DNA of 63,920 nucleotides, filler included, from Hyphochytrium catenoides (GCA_900088475.1; 6 parts of 6 records of this genome joined end to end with filler, not necessarily neighbours in it), one strand, 5' to 3'. Counted from the first letter of the whole stretch, positions 13,501 to 24,860 are shown. Numbers and translations are program-made. Notes: generated by a model from the letters alone, not told the origin.

Positions 13501-15312
13501 CTCCTCTGACTAGTAGCTAAGTAGCGACTATCCTTTGCCCAACAGCAGCTGGTCACCTATACAAGATGATACTAATACCGCTGGATAGACAGCAAGAACG
13601 TTCGGGTTGGCTTGATGTGCAATGACGACTGACGCCTCCTACTCTTATAAAGGACAGAAATGACTCTTCCTCCTCCGTTAACTCTTATTGATGAAAAACC
13701 TTGTTCCATAGCTTTGCTCACTACTGTTTGGAGGCGCGACTTCTTCTTCGAAGAGCTGTATCTCTCAGTCTGAGTAAGAAGCGCCGCCAACTTCGATATT
13801 GTGCTACTACTATTGCGGAGTCGAAGAGACAGTTTTATCGAAGCAGAAAGAAGAACAAGTACCGCGGAGAGACCTTCTTACTTGAGAGAAGAAAAGAAGA
13901 GAGAAAGACGAGAAGAGCGTTAAAAGAGTGATGAGGAGAGAGAGACAGGCAGAGCGAACGAACAGCATATCCAGTTGAGGAGGTAGTAATAATAATGAAC
14001 CGCAGTCTTCGGGAACTAGATAGTAGCATATAATAGAGCTGACCGGATGGTGCAGCAGGCTTCTGTTTGTTCAGAGAAACTGTTAAAGGGAAAAAAAGAA
14101 GAAGCTCGTCGGCAGGAGCACGTACTAATAAGGATAGAAGGCGGACCGAAACGCATGGCACCACTCCTGACGCCAGGCCGCATCATCCCCTCACTTTCAA
14201 TTTCTCCTTCTTCTCCCTCTCCTCTCACTCCCGTTGTCCGGAACTATGACCGTACGAGGAGGGAGGAGAGAGAGAGAACAATAAGGTGGACAAAGATGGC
14301 TAATGAGGATAGAGCAACAGCTACTCGAAATAAGAAGAGGAAATAGCCTCACAGACAGAGTCACAGAGATCAACAGTAATCTCTAGAAGAGCGCTCTACG
14401 AGAAGGAGAAGAGGGAGATGTAGAGAGGAGGGGAAGAGTGAAGAGAAAGAGGGAAACACGAGATCATCCTCATTCGTCCAGCCACGCCACCAGGAGTGAC
14501 GGTGATGAACTACTCTCTAGCGCCAGAGCGCGCACACTGACGACTGACTGAGGCGCGTGCTTCGCTCGTCTCAGATCGGCCTTCAGTGGATGTTGTGCAT
14601 TGCCTGCGTGGTCTGCCGTAGTATGACAAAGCTACAATCATAGAGATTGTTGTTATGGAGACCACCAGAGGTAGTGGAGGATGTAACGACGGCGCTGTAG
14701 AGCAAAACCGAGCGAGAGAAGAGAGACAGCAGAAGAGAGGAAAAGTCAGAAAGAGAAGAACAATAGAACTATCTAATAAGAAAGGAAGAGAGGAGAATAT
14801 AGGGCAAAGACGAGAAGAGAGGAATAGGAAGGAGGATGGAAGAGAAGAGGAGGAGAAAAGAAAGAGAAGGGATATCAAAATAAAACGAGAGAAAGAGAAA
14901 GAAAGGACGGGAACAAAGACGGGGGGAAAGAAAGAGAGGGAGCTGAGAAGCACGAGAGAGAGGGAGACAGAAGAAAGGAGACAGAGGACGAAAGAGAGAA
15001 GTGCCCAAGTAGACGAGTAATAAGAAATGCACTGTCTTCTTAGTAATGATACTGGCACCTAATAACAAGCTAGAGCACAATGAGATAAACCCTTGTCTTT
15101 CTCTTGGTGATGAGTAGGACGACCGGAGAGCTTTCGGAGAAGCTGCAGCGCTGGACTAAGATTCTGTTAAGACAGAGACCAATCGGTGTAGGCCTAGGAT
15201 GTCTATACCCCAATCAGAAGCCTGCCGGGCCCTGGCGTGCCTGCGGTCGTGACCACTGGCGCCACCACTAGAAGCATAGAGAAAGGAGGATGTGCCTCTC
15301 TCTCTCTCTCTA

Positions 15313-15350
<38 letters not shown>

Positions 15351-15655
15351 GGTCTGTTGTATGTCTTTATAGTCTTATCTTTCCCGCTCTGTCTCGTCCT
15401 ACAGGGCTAGTACTGTTTTACACTACTTGCTGTGAAGCTGCAACTCTGTCAACAGGATCTTTTCGGCCACGGGCTTTAGGTATGGAGACTGTATATCTTA
15501 GACGGTAGGAGGAGGAGACACAGAGAGAGAGAGATTGATGGAATGATTGACAGGAGATGGTACCAGGAGGGAGAGAGGCGACGAAAGAGTGAATGAGAGA
15601 GTCAGCAGAAGAGTGGAAACAATGAGGAGGAGGGGAAGAGAGAGGGAAGAGAGAG

Positions 15656-15695
<40 letters not shown>

Positions 15696-15713
15696 GAGAG
15701 AGAGAGAGAAGAA

Positions 15714-15786
<73 letters not shown>

Positions 15787-16160
15787 AGAAAGAGAGAGAG
15801 AGAGAAAGAGAAAGAAAGAAGAGAGAAGACCAGAAAGGGAGAGGGAGAGAGAGAGAGACAGGAAAAAGTGAGAGCCAGGGGAGAAAAAGTAGTAGTAGTG
15901 CTTGGGACCATTCCGGTAGGGAAGGAAGATCCATGCTACTGCTCACATCAACTAACAGGACCAACAAATGCAGATCCTGACCCAGGCAGCGGAAGAAGAG
16001 ACTCTCTTCCTTCTCATCCATTTTCACTTCTGCTTCCTCTCTCGCACCAGTGCAGCAGACACAGATATACTGCCCGCCAGGCCACAAGCGCGGTATATAC
16101 ACTTTTCTGCCCGCACTTTTTTCTCTCTCTATCTCTTCGCTTCCTTTTTGGTCAGCTAAC

Positions 16161-17465
16161 ATGGCCAACAAAAGTGGAAACTCTCTGTTCTCCCTCTTCT
16201 TTTTGCTCTTCTTCACCCTTCTCCTTAGCCTCTCCAGCCTGCCGAGGTCTCTTGCGTTCAGGGGAGACATCACGGCTTATGGAGATGGCTGGCAGGGCGG
16301 CGCGTGTCTCTATCAAGATCTGCCAGAGCCNNNNNNNNNNNNNNNNNNNNNNNNNNNNNNNNNNNNNNNNNNNNNNNNNNNNTCTGACTCTCTCTTCAAA
16401 GAGGCTACTGGCTCCCATCCCTCTCGACTGACGGCTTCTTGGGAGCTGGTGGACTGTGGGCCCGAGATGGGAGTGACTGGGAACGTTGGCTTCTTTACTA
16501 AAGACGGCTCTAACGGGAACTGGCTCGCTATTCATCCGATCAACTTCCGCTCTCCTATCACCAAGCTCTCCGTCGAATATCCTGCGGGAAGAGTGACGGA
16601 GATGCGCTTTGGCGTCTATGGACTCAACTATTACTTAGCAGCTGGGCTGGACATCAGAGGGCGGTTCACCCTTCACGCTACTGACGCTGCAGGAAGGACC
16701 ATCTCTGCTTCTGCAGAGTATGTCTCTGCCTCGAGTTATCTTGGAGGCGCTTGGGGAGGTCCGGGGCCCAGTCCTTCACCTTCTTATCCGCCTCCTTCTC
16801 CAGCTCCAGCTCCCTCTCCACCTTCTCCAGCTCCTTCTCCATCGGCACCTCGTCCTTCTCCATCTTCGCCGTCTCCTCCTCCGCCTTCTCCACCTTCACC
16901 TCCTTCTAGTCCTCCCTCGCCTGCCACTCCCGCGCCCACGACTCCTTCTCCTCCTCAACCAGCTCCAACCCCTGAAATGACTCCGGCTCCAGCACCTACT
17001 ACGTCTACGCCTTCCACTCTTCCTCCTTCCTCAGCAATAGTTCCTACAACGGCAGCAGCAACGACAGCTGCCAGTAGCTCCACTTCTCTTGGATCAAAGA
17101 CAGAGGAGTCACTCCAGGAAGAGACCATAAAGAAGGTTGAGAAGGTAGAAGAGTCGTCTCCAACACCGCTGGTCGCAGAAGAAAGAGCTCCAACTCCTTC
17201 ATCGCCTTCGAAAGAAGATGATGCCGCCGTGCCAAGCAGCAGTGATGCTGAGCCAGGACAGAAGAGCTCTTCTCCAGCAGCTGCTGTAGAAGATGCAGGA
17301 GGCGTGAGCGAGAGCACGGCTCAAGAAACAGCTCCTTTTGCACCTGAGAAACCTTCGTTTTCTTCTTCGTCTTCGCCATCCATTTACTCTGCCTCTTTCT
17401 TCTCCCTGATGAGTAGCTCTCTCTTGAGTTTATCCATATCTATGATCATACGTGCGCTTCTATGA
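16161..17465 (+). CDS. Expansin-like protein B (signal peptide, DPBB, CBM63, Pro/Ser-rich stalk, GPI-like C-terminus)
   Basis: ATG at 16161 followed by a hydrophobic signal; GDITAYGDGWQGGACLY; N-gap covers the DPBB core; KDGSNGNWLAIHPINFRSPITKL and NYYLAAG..GRFTLHATDAAG; SP/SPPPP repeats; hydrophobic end FFSLMSSSLLSLSISMIIRALL. Confidence 0.9.
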   Translation: MANKSGNSLFSLFFLLFFTLLLSLSSLPRSLAFRGDITAYGDGWQGGACLYQDLPEXXXXXXXXXXXXXXXXXXSDSLFKEATGSHPSRLTASWELVDCGPEMGVTGNVGFFTKDGSNGNWLAIHPINFRSPITKLSVEYPAGRVTEMRFGVYGLNYYLAAGLDIRGRFTLHATDAAGRTISASAEYVSASSYLGGAWGGPGPSPSPSYPPPSPAPAPSPPSPAPSPSAPRPSPSSPSPPPPSPPSPPSSPPSPATPAPTTPSPPQPAPTPEMTPAPAPTTSTPSTLPPSSAIVPTTAAATTAASSSTSLGSKTEESLQEETIKKVEKVEESSPTPLVAEERAPTPSSPSKEDDAAVPSSSDAEPGQKSSSPAAAVEDAGGVSESTAQETAPFAPEKPSFSSSSSPSIYSASFFSLMSSSLLSLSISMIIRALL

Positions 17466-17537
17466 GCTTTATAAGCTCCTTAGCGTTGCAGCAGCAGCAG
17501 TGAAAGACATCATAGTGGAGTGCACGATGTCTCTTCT

Positions 17538-17575
<38 letters not shown>

Positions 17576-19066
17576 CCTCCAAACTCAGCCGTCTGCGGTT
17601 TATCTTCATCTTTTCCCTTTATTAGATGTACACATAGCGCTCTTTTATTTATAGAGTGCGGAGCTTTAGCGCTCCGCTAACAAACTTTGCAGTTAATAGA
17701 GAATGGACTAGTCATTGCCAATGATATCTCTTTCCTTCTTAATGCCTTCCTAATCGTTAGGCCTCGGGTCTCTCTTCTTCAGTGTAAAGAAATGAAAGCA
17801 AGCAACATAACTCCAAAGCTCAGGACGCCGCGCAGCCGAAGAAGGAGCGCTAGCTTCCTCGTTGTCTGGCGCGCGGAGGGCCAAAGATGGGAGAGAATGT
17901 AGGCGCCGTAGGTTTGACAGGCGGTGTGAGCCGGAACTGACTTTCTGTTATTTATCTTGCCAGTGTTATTTCTCTCTCTCTTTTTTTCTCTCTCTCTCCG
18001 CCTGTCTGTCTCTCTCTCGCCCGCGGGTTCATCTTGGTAGCAGTTGGTTGAATCTTCTTTCCTAGTCTGTCCGTCAGTCTCTGTGTCTCTCTGGTTTAGC
18101 TCTCTCGCCCTTACTCTCTGCCTGTCCTCTTGAAATTTGCGCNNNNNNNNNNNNNNNNNNNNNNNNNNNNNNNNNNNNNNNNNNNNNNNNNNNNNNNNNN
18201 NNNNNNNNNNNNNNNNNNNNNNNNNNNNNNNNNNNNNNNNNNNNNNNNNNNNNNNNNCTCCCTGACTCCACATGATGGGTGGTGGTGAGGTGAGCGTACG
18301 TCGAGCAGACTGCCTTTCTTACGCAGGGTTAAGATCTCGGTGACGACAGCTCTAAGTCAAGCGATCCATCAGGATGTACGGCGAGAGAAAGACTCGGATA
18401 AGGAGACAGACGGCTATAGTAAGCATAAGAGAAGGAAGTCTCTCTCAATGGATCTCTCTCTCCCTCTCTCTCTTTTGTCTCTCAAGTTGTCTGTCTCTTT
18501 GACTCTCTCTCTCCCCTAACTCTGGCTCCCGAGTGCAGATGCTCTAAGCGGGGCGCCGGTGAATGTCAGTGGCCGGGACGGCGCGTGCCTGTACGGCCTG
18601 GACATGAGCTGCTCTGGCGTGCTGCGAGGCTTCCGCTGACGACGGAAGAGAGCTCTCAATCACATCACGGCCCCTGAGATGAAAGAGGCATTGAGACAGA
18701 GAAAGAGAGGAAAGTCGGAGTCGGTTGTAGAATTGTTAGGAAGAGACAGAGGGAAACAAGAGAGAGAGAGAAAAAGAGAGAGAGAGAAGAGGAACGGAGG
18801 CGTAGAAGGAATAGACGAAGCAGAGTGAGCAAGAGGTAATGAGAGAGAGAGAAGAGGCAGACAGGGAGAGAGACAGACAGACAAGGTGGACACTTTACGG
18901 GAGAGAGAGCAAGAGAGGGAAAAGGAGAGAGAGAGAGAGACGAGAGAGATGAGAGAGATGAGAGAGAGAGAGAGAAAAAGAGAGAGAGAGAAAAAGAGAG
19001 AGAGAGAGAAAAGAAAGGGAAAGGGAGAGAGAAGAAAGGGAAAGAGAGAGAGAAAGGGAAAGACAG

Positions 19067-19108
<42 letters not shown>

Positions 19109-20699
19109 GCGGAGAGAGCTTGACGCCAATGAGGAGTTGATGGCTTGGTGATGGTGGGTGTTGGCTCTGTGGACTCACTGAGTGCGTGCGAGCGTGGCTG
19201 CGTGATATGCATGCGGGGAACCAGAGGGTGTCAGACCAGAGCCAGAGGCAGACGTAGTTCAAGACAGAGAGAGGAATAGAGAACGTATTTGCCTAGGGAA
19301 GAGAGTATTAAAAAGAGATACAGAGAAGACACTAGCGACAGACAGAGTTTGGAGAGAGAGAAAGAGCCTGCTGTCATGGATGACTCTTCATATTAGCATG
19401 GCCTTTTAGAGGGTGAGCTGATGGAGACAGAGTTTGGATAGTAATTGAGATAGAGTCACCACAAGCCTAAGTATAAAACAGAAACACATGGAGGTATAGC
19501 GACGATAGGCTAGAGCAAGAGATTTGGTTTGACCAGGTTGAGTGGAGCAGAACGACCGCATCGAGACCTCCCCCAGGAGTGACGCCAACTTCTTTGACCA
19601 GTTAACAGACTTCAGCCAATCAGAATAGAGTAAAGATCGATATGCATCCAATCAGACGAGAGACCCTGCCCCCCACCGGCCAATGAGAGTGAAGCTGAGA
19701 GTCTGGCTATCCAGTCAGCGGCCGCCATCACCCTGGCGTGCCAACCTGTGTNNNNNNNNNNNNNNNNNNNNNNNNNNNNNNNNNNNNNNNNNNNNNNNNN
19801 NNNNNNNNNNNNNNNNNNNNNNNNNNNNNNNNNNNNNNNNNNNNNNNNNNNNNNNNNNNNNNNNNNNNCACTTTAGCTCGATCTTGTTCCCCCCACTTTC
19901 TTTCTCTCTATCTCGCCCTTTGGCCTCAGTTTCAACATCATTCGTTCCACCATCTGCCTGCTCGCAGCAACTCAAACTGGCTTCAACATCATCGCTTGTC
20001 TACTAGAAGCTGTACGAAGGGAAACAAAAGAAGAAAGAGAGTGGGGAGAGAAAGGAGACAAACAAAGAGCTGAACGTACCGATCAAAGGGGATGACGCAA
20101 GAATGGAGAGAGAGAGAGAGAGAGAGCTAGCAGGAGCCAGAGATGATTGGTGACGATTGACATGCATGGAACTTGAAGAGCAGCACCTGATTGTGTGCAT
20201 TCTCTCTGTTTCTTTTGAGCTCCTCACTCTTTTCTCCTACAGAACTAAGCCCGAGAGAGTCACAGAGAGAGAGAGACACTGCAGTCGTTGTCTTGAAGGG
20301 ACCTATTGGACAGTACGTGGTAAATGATGATGCTCATCATAACCACGCGAGCAACACTGCCACCTTTGTACAGGTCCTTGATCAGGAGGAGGGAAGAGAG
20401 AAAGGGAGAGACGAAGAGACACTGAGCAGGCAGAGAGAGAGAGAGAGAGAGAGAGCATTAGCGGAGAAACGAAGAGAGAGGGAGACAAAATGCCACCCAG
20501 TAGGGTTCATCTCCAGTCCTCACTCTCCAACTTCCCCCGTCCCGAGCACCTCCCTAGCCTACCAAACACAGCGCAGGAACTCAGGTCTAACCTACAACCC
20601 TGAGTGAACCAACATCCCGTGCCGCCCGCGTCCTCCGCTTCCTACATCTGATAAAGCTCCAAGTCGGAAAGGTTTGAAAAGCCTCAAGCACAAGACGAT

Positions 20700-21437
20700 A
20701 TGGCTCTCTTCTCGGCGCTATGCTCCAGCTTTCTCTTCTCTCTCTTAATTTCTTTCTCCCCTGCCTACGCCCAACAACGTACAGGAGACATCACGGCTTA
20801 TGGAGATGGCTGGCAGGGCGGCGCATGTCTTTATCAGGATTTGCCAGAGCCAGCCAAGAAGAGCTTTGTCGCCATCAACCAAGTTCTATGGGACAGCATG
20901 GGGATGCAGCAGGTCTGCGGCCGCTGTGTGAAGATCTCTTACGGAGGCAAAACCGTCATGGGAATGGTGACCAACCGCTGCCCAGAGTGCAAGGAAGGCG
21001 ATCTAGATCTGTCTGACTCTCTCTTTAAGGAGGCTACTGGCTCCCATCCCTCTCGATTGACGGCTTCCTGGGAGCTGGTGGACTGTGAGGATAGTATGGG
21101 AGTCACTGGGGATGTCGGTTTCTATGTGAAGGATGGAGTTAACGCCAACTGGCTCGCCTTGCAGCCCGTGAACTTCCGCTCTCCTATCACCAAGCTCTCC
21201 GTCGAGTATCCTGCGGGGAAGACAGTGGACATGCCCTTCGCAGGTGGCGCACTAAACTATTATCTAGCCAGCGGGCTAAACATCAATGGCAAGTTCACGG
21301 TCCGTGCGGAGGACGCGGAAGGGAAGAGCTACGAGGTCTCTGCGGATTCCATTAGGTCTTCCAGCTTCCTGACTGGCGCTTCACCGTTCCAAGCACAGGC
21401 CGAAGAGACGCCTACGGGCAATCTACGACGCGTTTAA
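20700..21437 (+). CDS. Expansin-like protein C (EXLX-type; signal peptide, DPBB, CBM63; soluble)
   Basis: Complete intronless 245-aa ORF: signal ending AYA, TAYGDGWQGGAC, VAINQ..W, CGRCVKI, TNRCPECKEGDLDLS, KDGVNANWLALQPVNFRSPI, NYYLASG, KFTVRAEDAEG; no stalk or GPI tail. Confidence 0.93.
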   Translation: MALFSALCSSFLFSLLISFSPAYAQQRTGDITAYGDGWQGGACLYQDLPEPAKKSFVAINQVLWDSMGMQQVCGRCVKISYGGKTVMGMVTNRCPECKEGDLDLSDSLFKEATGSHPSRLTASWELVDCEDSMGVTGDVGFYVKDGVNANWLALQPVNFRSPITKLSVEYPAGKTVDMPFAGGALNYYLASGLNINGKFTVRAEDAEGKSYEVSADSIRSSSFLTGASPFQAQAEETPTGNLRRV

Positions 21438-23190
21438 GAGGTTGAGAAGAAGAAGGCGGCCCTTTTATAAGACAGTCAGTTTTGCGTGGGTCCCGCTATA
21501 AGGCTTTCTCTACCGGCATGCGGCTGCTCTTATGACGATAGAGTGGTGGAAGCAGCAGAGCTGGGCTACTTAGTTTGCCGCTTATAGAAGCAAAGAAGCG
21601 GGAGCAATGCTCCTCTACTATTCTGAAGCTTTGTCCTATCGAAGGCTAGAGATTGCTGCTCGTGAAGCTCCTGGAAAAGATAATAATAGATGTTAATTAT
21701 TGTTCACTCTTGCTCCTACCTTCTCCAAAAGTTCGTCTCTTTCAGGCTCGTCTCGTCCGCCTTCACTACCTTCCTCTCCTGCTCTCCAATAGGTGAGGCC
21801 TCTGTTACCCTGCTAATAACCACCAGGGGATTAATCCTTCTGCTGCTCCTTCAATTCTCCTTGTGCTCCTTCTATCCTCCTATTATTTTCTTACTTGTTT
21901 GCTGTCTGCTGCTGCTGTCCCACCAGAGGAGGTCCACGTCCTTGTCTGCATGAACAGTGCTGTCTACTTTTCCTTCTTTCTTCACTTGCACCGAGACCTA
22001 ACTAGGTACTACCGCCGCCAAGCAGTCAGCTCACTTAGGTACTAGTTGGGGATGTTGTTCTCTAAGTAAGGGCAGCCAACAATCATCAAGTTTCAGGAGA
22101 AGCCGGAGGCAGACTACTTCTTGTCGCTGGGAGGACGGAGGAAATAGGAGGGACTGAGATGCCTCGACTGCTGCTGCTGCTTGCGGCGCTGGTATAGTTG
22201 GAGGCGTGGTATCCTCCTCCTCTTGGCAGCGCATCTTTTTTCTTCGAAGCTCTAACCTCTCCAACGACAAGGGCGGTCATATGCTGCTGTCTTTCTCTTT
22301 CTTCAGTATCGAAGGGTAAGGAGGAGGAGGACGCAAGAGAGACGACTATCGTCTTTCTTCTCTTCAACTCCGTGACGGATCATGCTGCAGGTGCTGGCCG
22401 ACGGACAGACGAACACACACTTATCGTCACACTGAAAAGAAGCGACCGCTAACGACCACACCTGAAACTATCCCAAATGTTTAGACCAAGATTTCACCAG
22501 ACCTTATATTATAAAATTATTGAAAGCTTCATAGGATTCCACTTTGAAATGAAAGGTACTTGATAGTTGAAGCAAGCTCAAGGAAATTGTTGAGGAAATA
22601 GATCATTATTATTAGTTATCAAAGCGGCTGGGCTGGAACGACCGCACCCTGATACAGAACCAAGAAGTTTGAGAGACAGAGAGGTAAAGAGACAGAGAGA
22701 GAGAGACCAAGGGAGACAGAGAAAGAGAGAGAAAGACAAAGCCAGAGAGAGAGAGAGATACAGAGCAAGAGAGAGAGAGAAGAGAGAAGGAAAGAGAGAG
22801 AGAGAGAGAAGGAAAGAAACGGAGAGAGAGAAAGGAGAGGGAGAGAGATGTAAGAGAGAGAGACTGGAAGAGGGAGAGGATGGAGCATGAAGAGAACTTG
22901 ACAGGGAGGCTGGGAGAGGAATCAGCAGCTGCTATTTCTTGCGGATGCTCGGTCTCCTCAGCACTGAGACTGACAGTCTCTCCACAGTCCTCTCCGCTAT
23001 TTATCTCGCAGCGCCAGGCAGCTGACAGGGAAAGCTATACCTGGGTCTGCCGCTCCTCTTATTATTCTCTCTCACCAGCGACTCGCCTGGTACGAGGAGC
23101 AGTTGTTGGAGAGAAAGAAAGGAAGCAGAAGAGTCACTCAACGACAGACATCAGACAGCAGGCAGTTGGGCCAAGAGTAGAAAGAGCAAG

Positions 23191-24470
23191 ATGGCAAAGG
23201 GCTCCTTTTCAGGGAAGAAGGTCGCCGTCGTCGGCGCAACCGGCGCCGTCGGCATTGAGATGGTCAAAGTTCTCTATGAGCGCAAGTTTCCTATTGTGGA
23301 GCTTCACCTCTTCGCCTCAGCGCGCTCTGCGGGAAAGACGGTCTCTACGCCATTTGGAGAGAAGACAATTGAAGCGTTTAGTGTGGAGGCAGTAAGAGAG
23401 ATGGATATCGTGCTGATGGCAGGTGCGTAGTATGGAAACTCTAGAAAGGGGAATTGAAAGAGAGAGACAGACACACAGACAGACAGAAAGAAAGACAGAA
23501 AGAGAGGCTCTGCCTTCTTTTCCCATTCTCTTCTATTCCTCTTTGCTTGTGTTCTGCCCTTGCGGCTTCTTCTGATGCTGCCTTGCCAATGGTGTCCAAT
23601 CGCATAATATCTGTTTGTTCTTTTCCTTCCTTTTCTTCTCTTCTTCGTATCGTGCTCTGCGGAACCTTCTCTTTCTCCTGCCGCGCACTTTACCTCTCTC
23701 TCTCTCTCTCTCTCACTCTCACTCTCTTTTTCACTCCCTCTCCCTCTCTCTCGCTCCCTCTCTCTCTCTCTCTCTCTCTGTCTTCCTGTCCATTGCACTC
23801 TGTCTTATTCCCTTTATCTTCTAACTCACTCTCTCTTCTCTTTGCCTTTCTCTCTCTTCCTGCCTTCTCTCCGGCAGTCTCTGGAACCTTTGCCCAAGAG
23901 AATTGTCCGAAAATAGTTGAAGGCGCCGATGGCCCCGTAGTTATTGATAATTCCTCAGCCTTCCGCTATGATCCTGAGGTGCCGCTCGTCATTCCCGAGA
24001 TTAACGGCTATAAAGTGAAAAATGCGCGCTTGATAGCGAATCCGAACTGCACAACGGCGGTGGCGGCGATGGCGCTGTGGCCCATTCATTGCCGGTTTGG
24101 ACTGAAGAAGGTCATTATCTCGACCTATCAGGCTGCCAGCGGGGCAGGGGCAGAGGTAAGAGAGGAGTTGAAAGAGAAGAGATGGAAAAGATGGGGGAGA
24201 GCGAGGCAGGAACCGAGAGCGATGGAGAAGTAGCGTCAGAAAGAGAGAGCTAAAGAGAGGAGCTTGTGTTACTATATTGTGGGGCGAGAGTCAGGGAAGA
24301 GAGAGAGAGAGAGAGAGAATTCAGTGGAGCGCAGGAGAGAGTTAAGAAGGGGACGGACAGGCACAGAGAGGACATGCGGTAGTTTATGGCCTATTGCTAA
24401 AGCTTTGGGCTTCAGGGAATGGAGGAGCTGCTGAATGAGACGAAGGCAGTCATCAATGGTCAAAAAGCAG
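23191..24470 (+). CDS. asd: Aspartate-semialdehyde dehydrogenase (bacterial/plant-type), 3'-truncated at contig end
   Basis: Exons 23191-23422, 23878-24155, 24416-24470, all GT-AG. Motifs KVAVVGATGAVG, ASARSAGK, VIDNSSAFR, PLVIPEIN, catalytic IANPNCTT, STYQAASGAGAEGMEEL. No N-terminal transit peptide. Confidence 0.95.
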
Positions 24471-24623
24471 GTGAGTCGTTTAAAGAGCCAGAAGATTGTA
24501 GATGAAGGGCAGAAGCTGTGCACCTAGACAGTGATGCAGAGTACCCGGAGATAGTTGTGAAGAGAGAAAAAAAGAGAGAGAGGGAGAGAGAGTAACAGAG
24601 AGAGAGAGGGAGAGAGAGTAACA

Positions 24624-24678
<55 letters not shown>

Positions 24679-24694
24679 GAAGATAAAGGTTTTG

Positions 24695-24794
24695 NNNNNN
24701 NNNNNNNNNNNNNNNNNNNNNNNNNNNNNNNNNNNNNNTTAATTAATTAANNNNNNNNNNNNNNNNNNNNNNNNNNNNNNNNNNNNNNNNNNNN
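24695..24794. other. Artificial contig spacer (N-run + TTAATTAATTAA + N-run)
   Basis: Six-frame-stop palindrome at 24739-24750 centred in a ~100-nt N block; the ASD gene is cut here. Confidence 0.95.
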
Positions 24795-24816
24795 GAGAGA
24801 GAGAGAGAGAGATAGG

Positions 24817-24860
<44 letters not shown>

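Noticed and set aside
18570-18605. GRDGACLYGL resembling the expansin GGACLY motif
   Set aside because: No other expansin residues on either side; too short to call a fourth copy.
19317-19403. U6 snRNA-like pieces GATACAGAGAAGA and TTAGCATGGCC about 60 nt apart
   Set aside because: The spacer has no GT-AG ends, the downstream U6 stem-loop is absent, and the first piece is expected by chance in AG-rich DNA.
24739-24750. TTAATTAATTAA as a biological repeat or piggyBac TTAA site
   Set aside because: Always centred in N blocks; it is an assembly linker.
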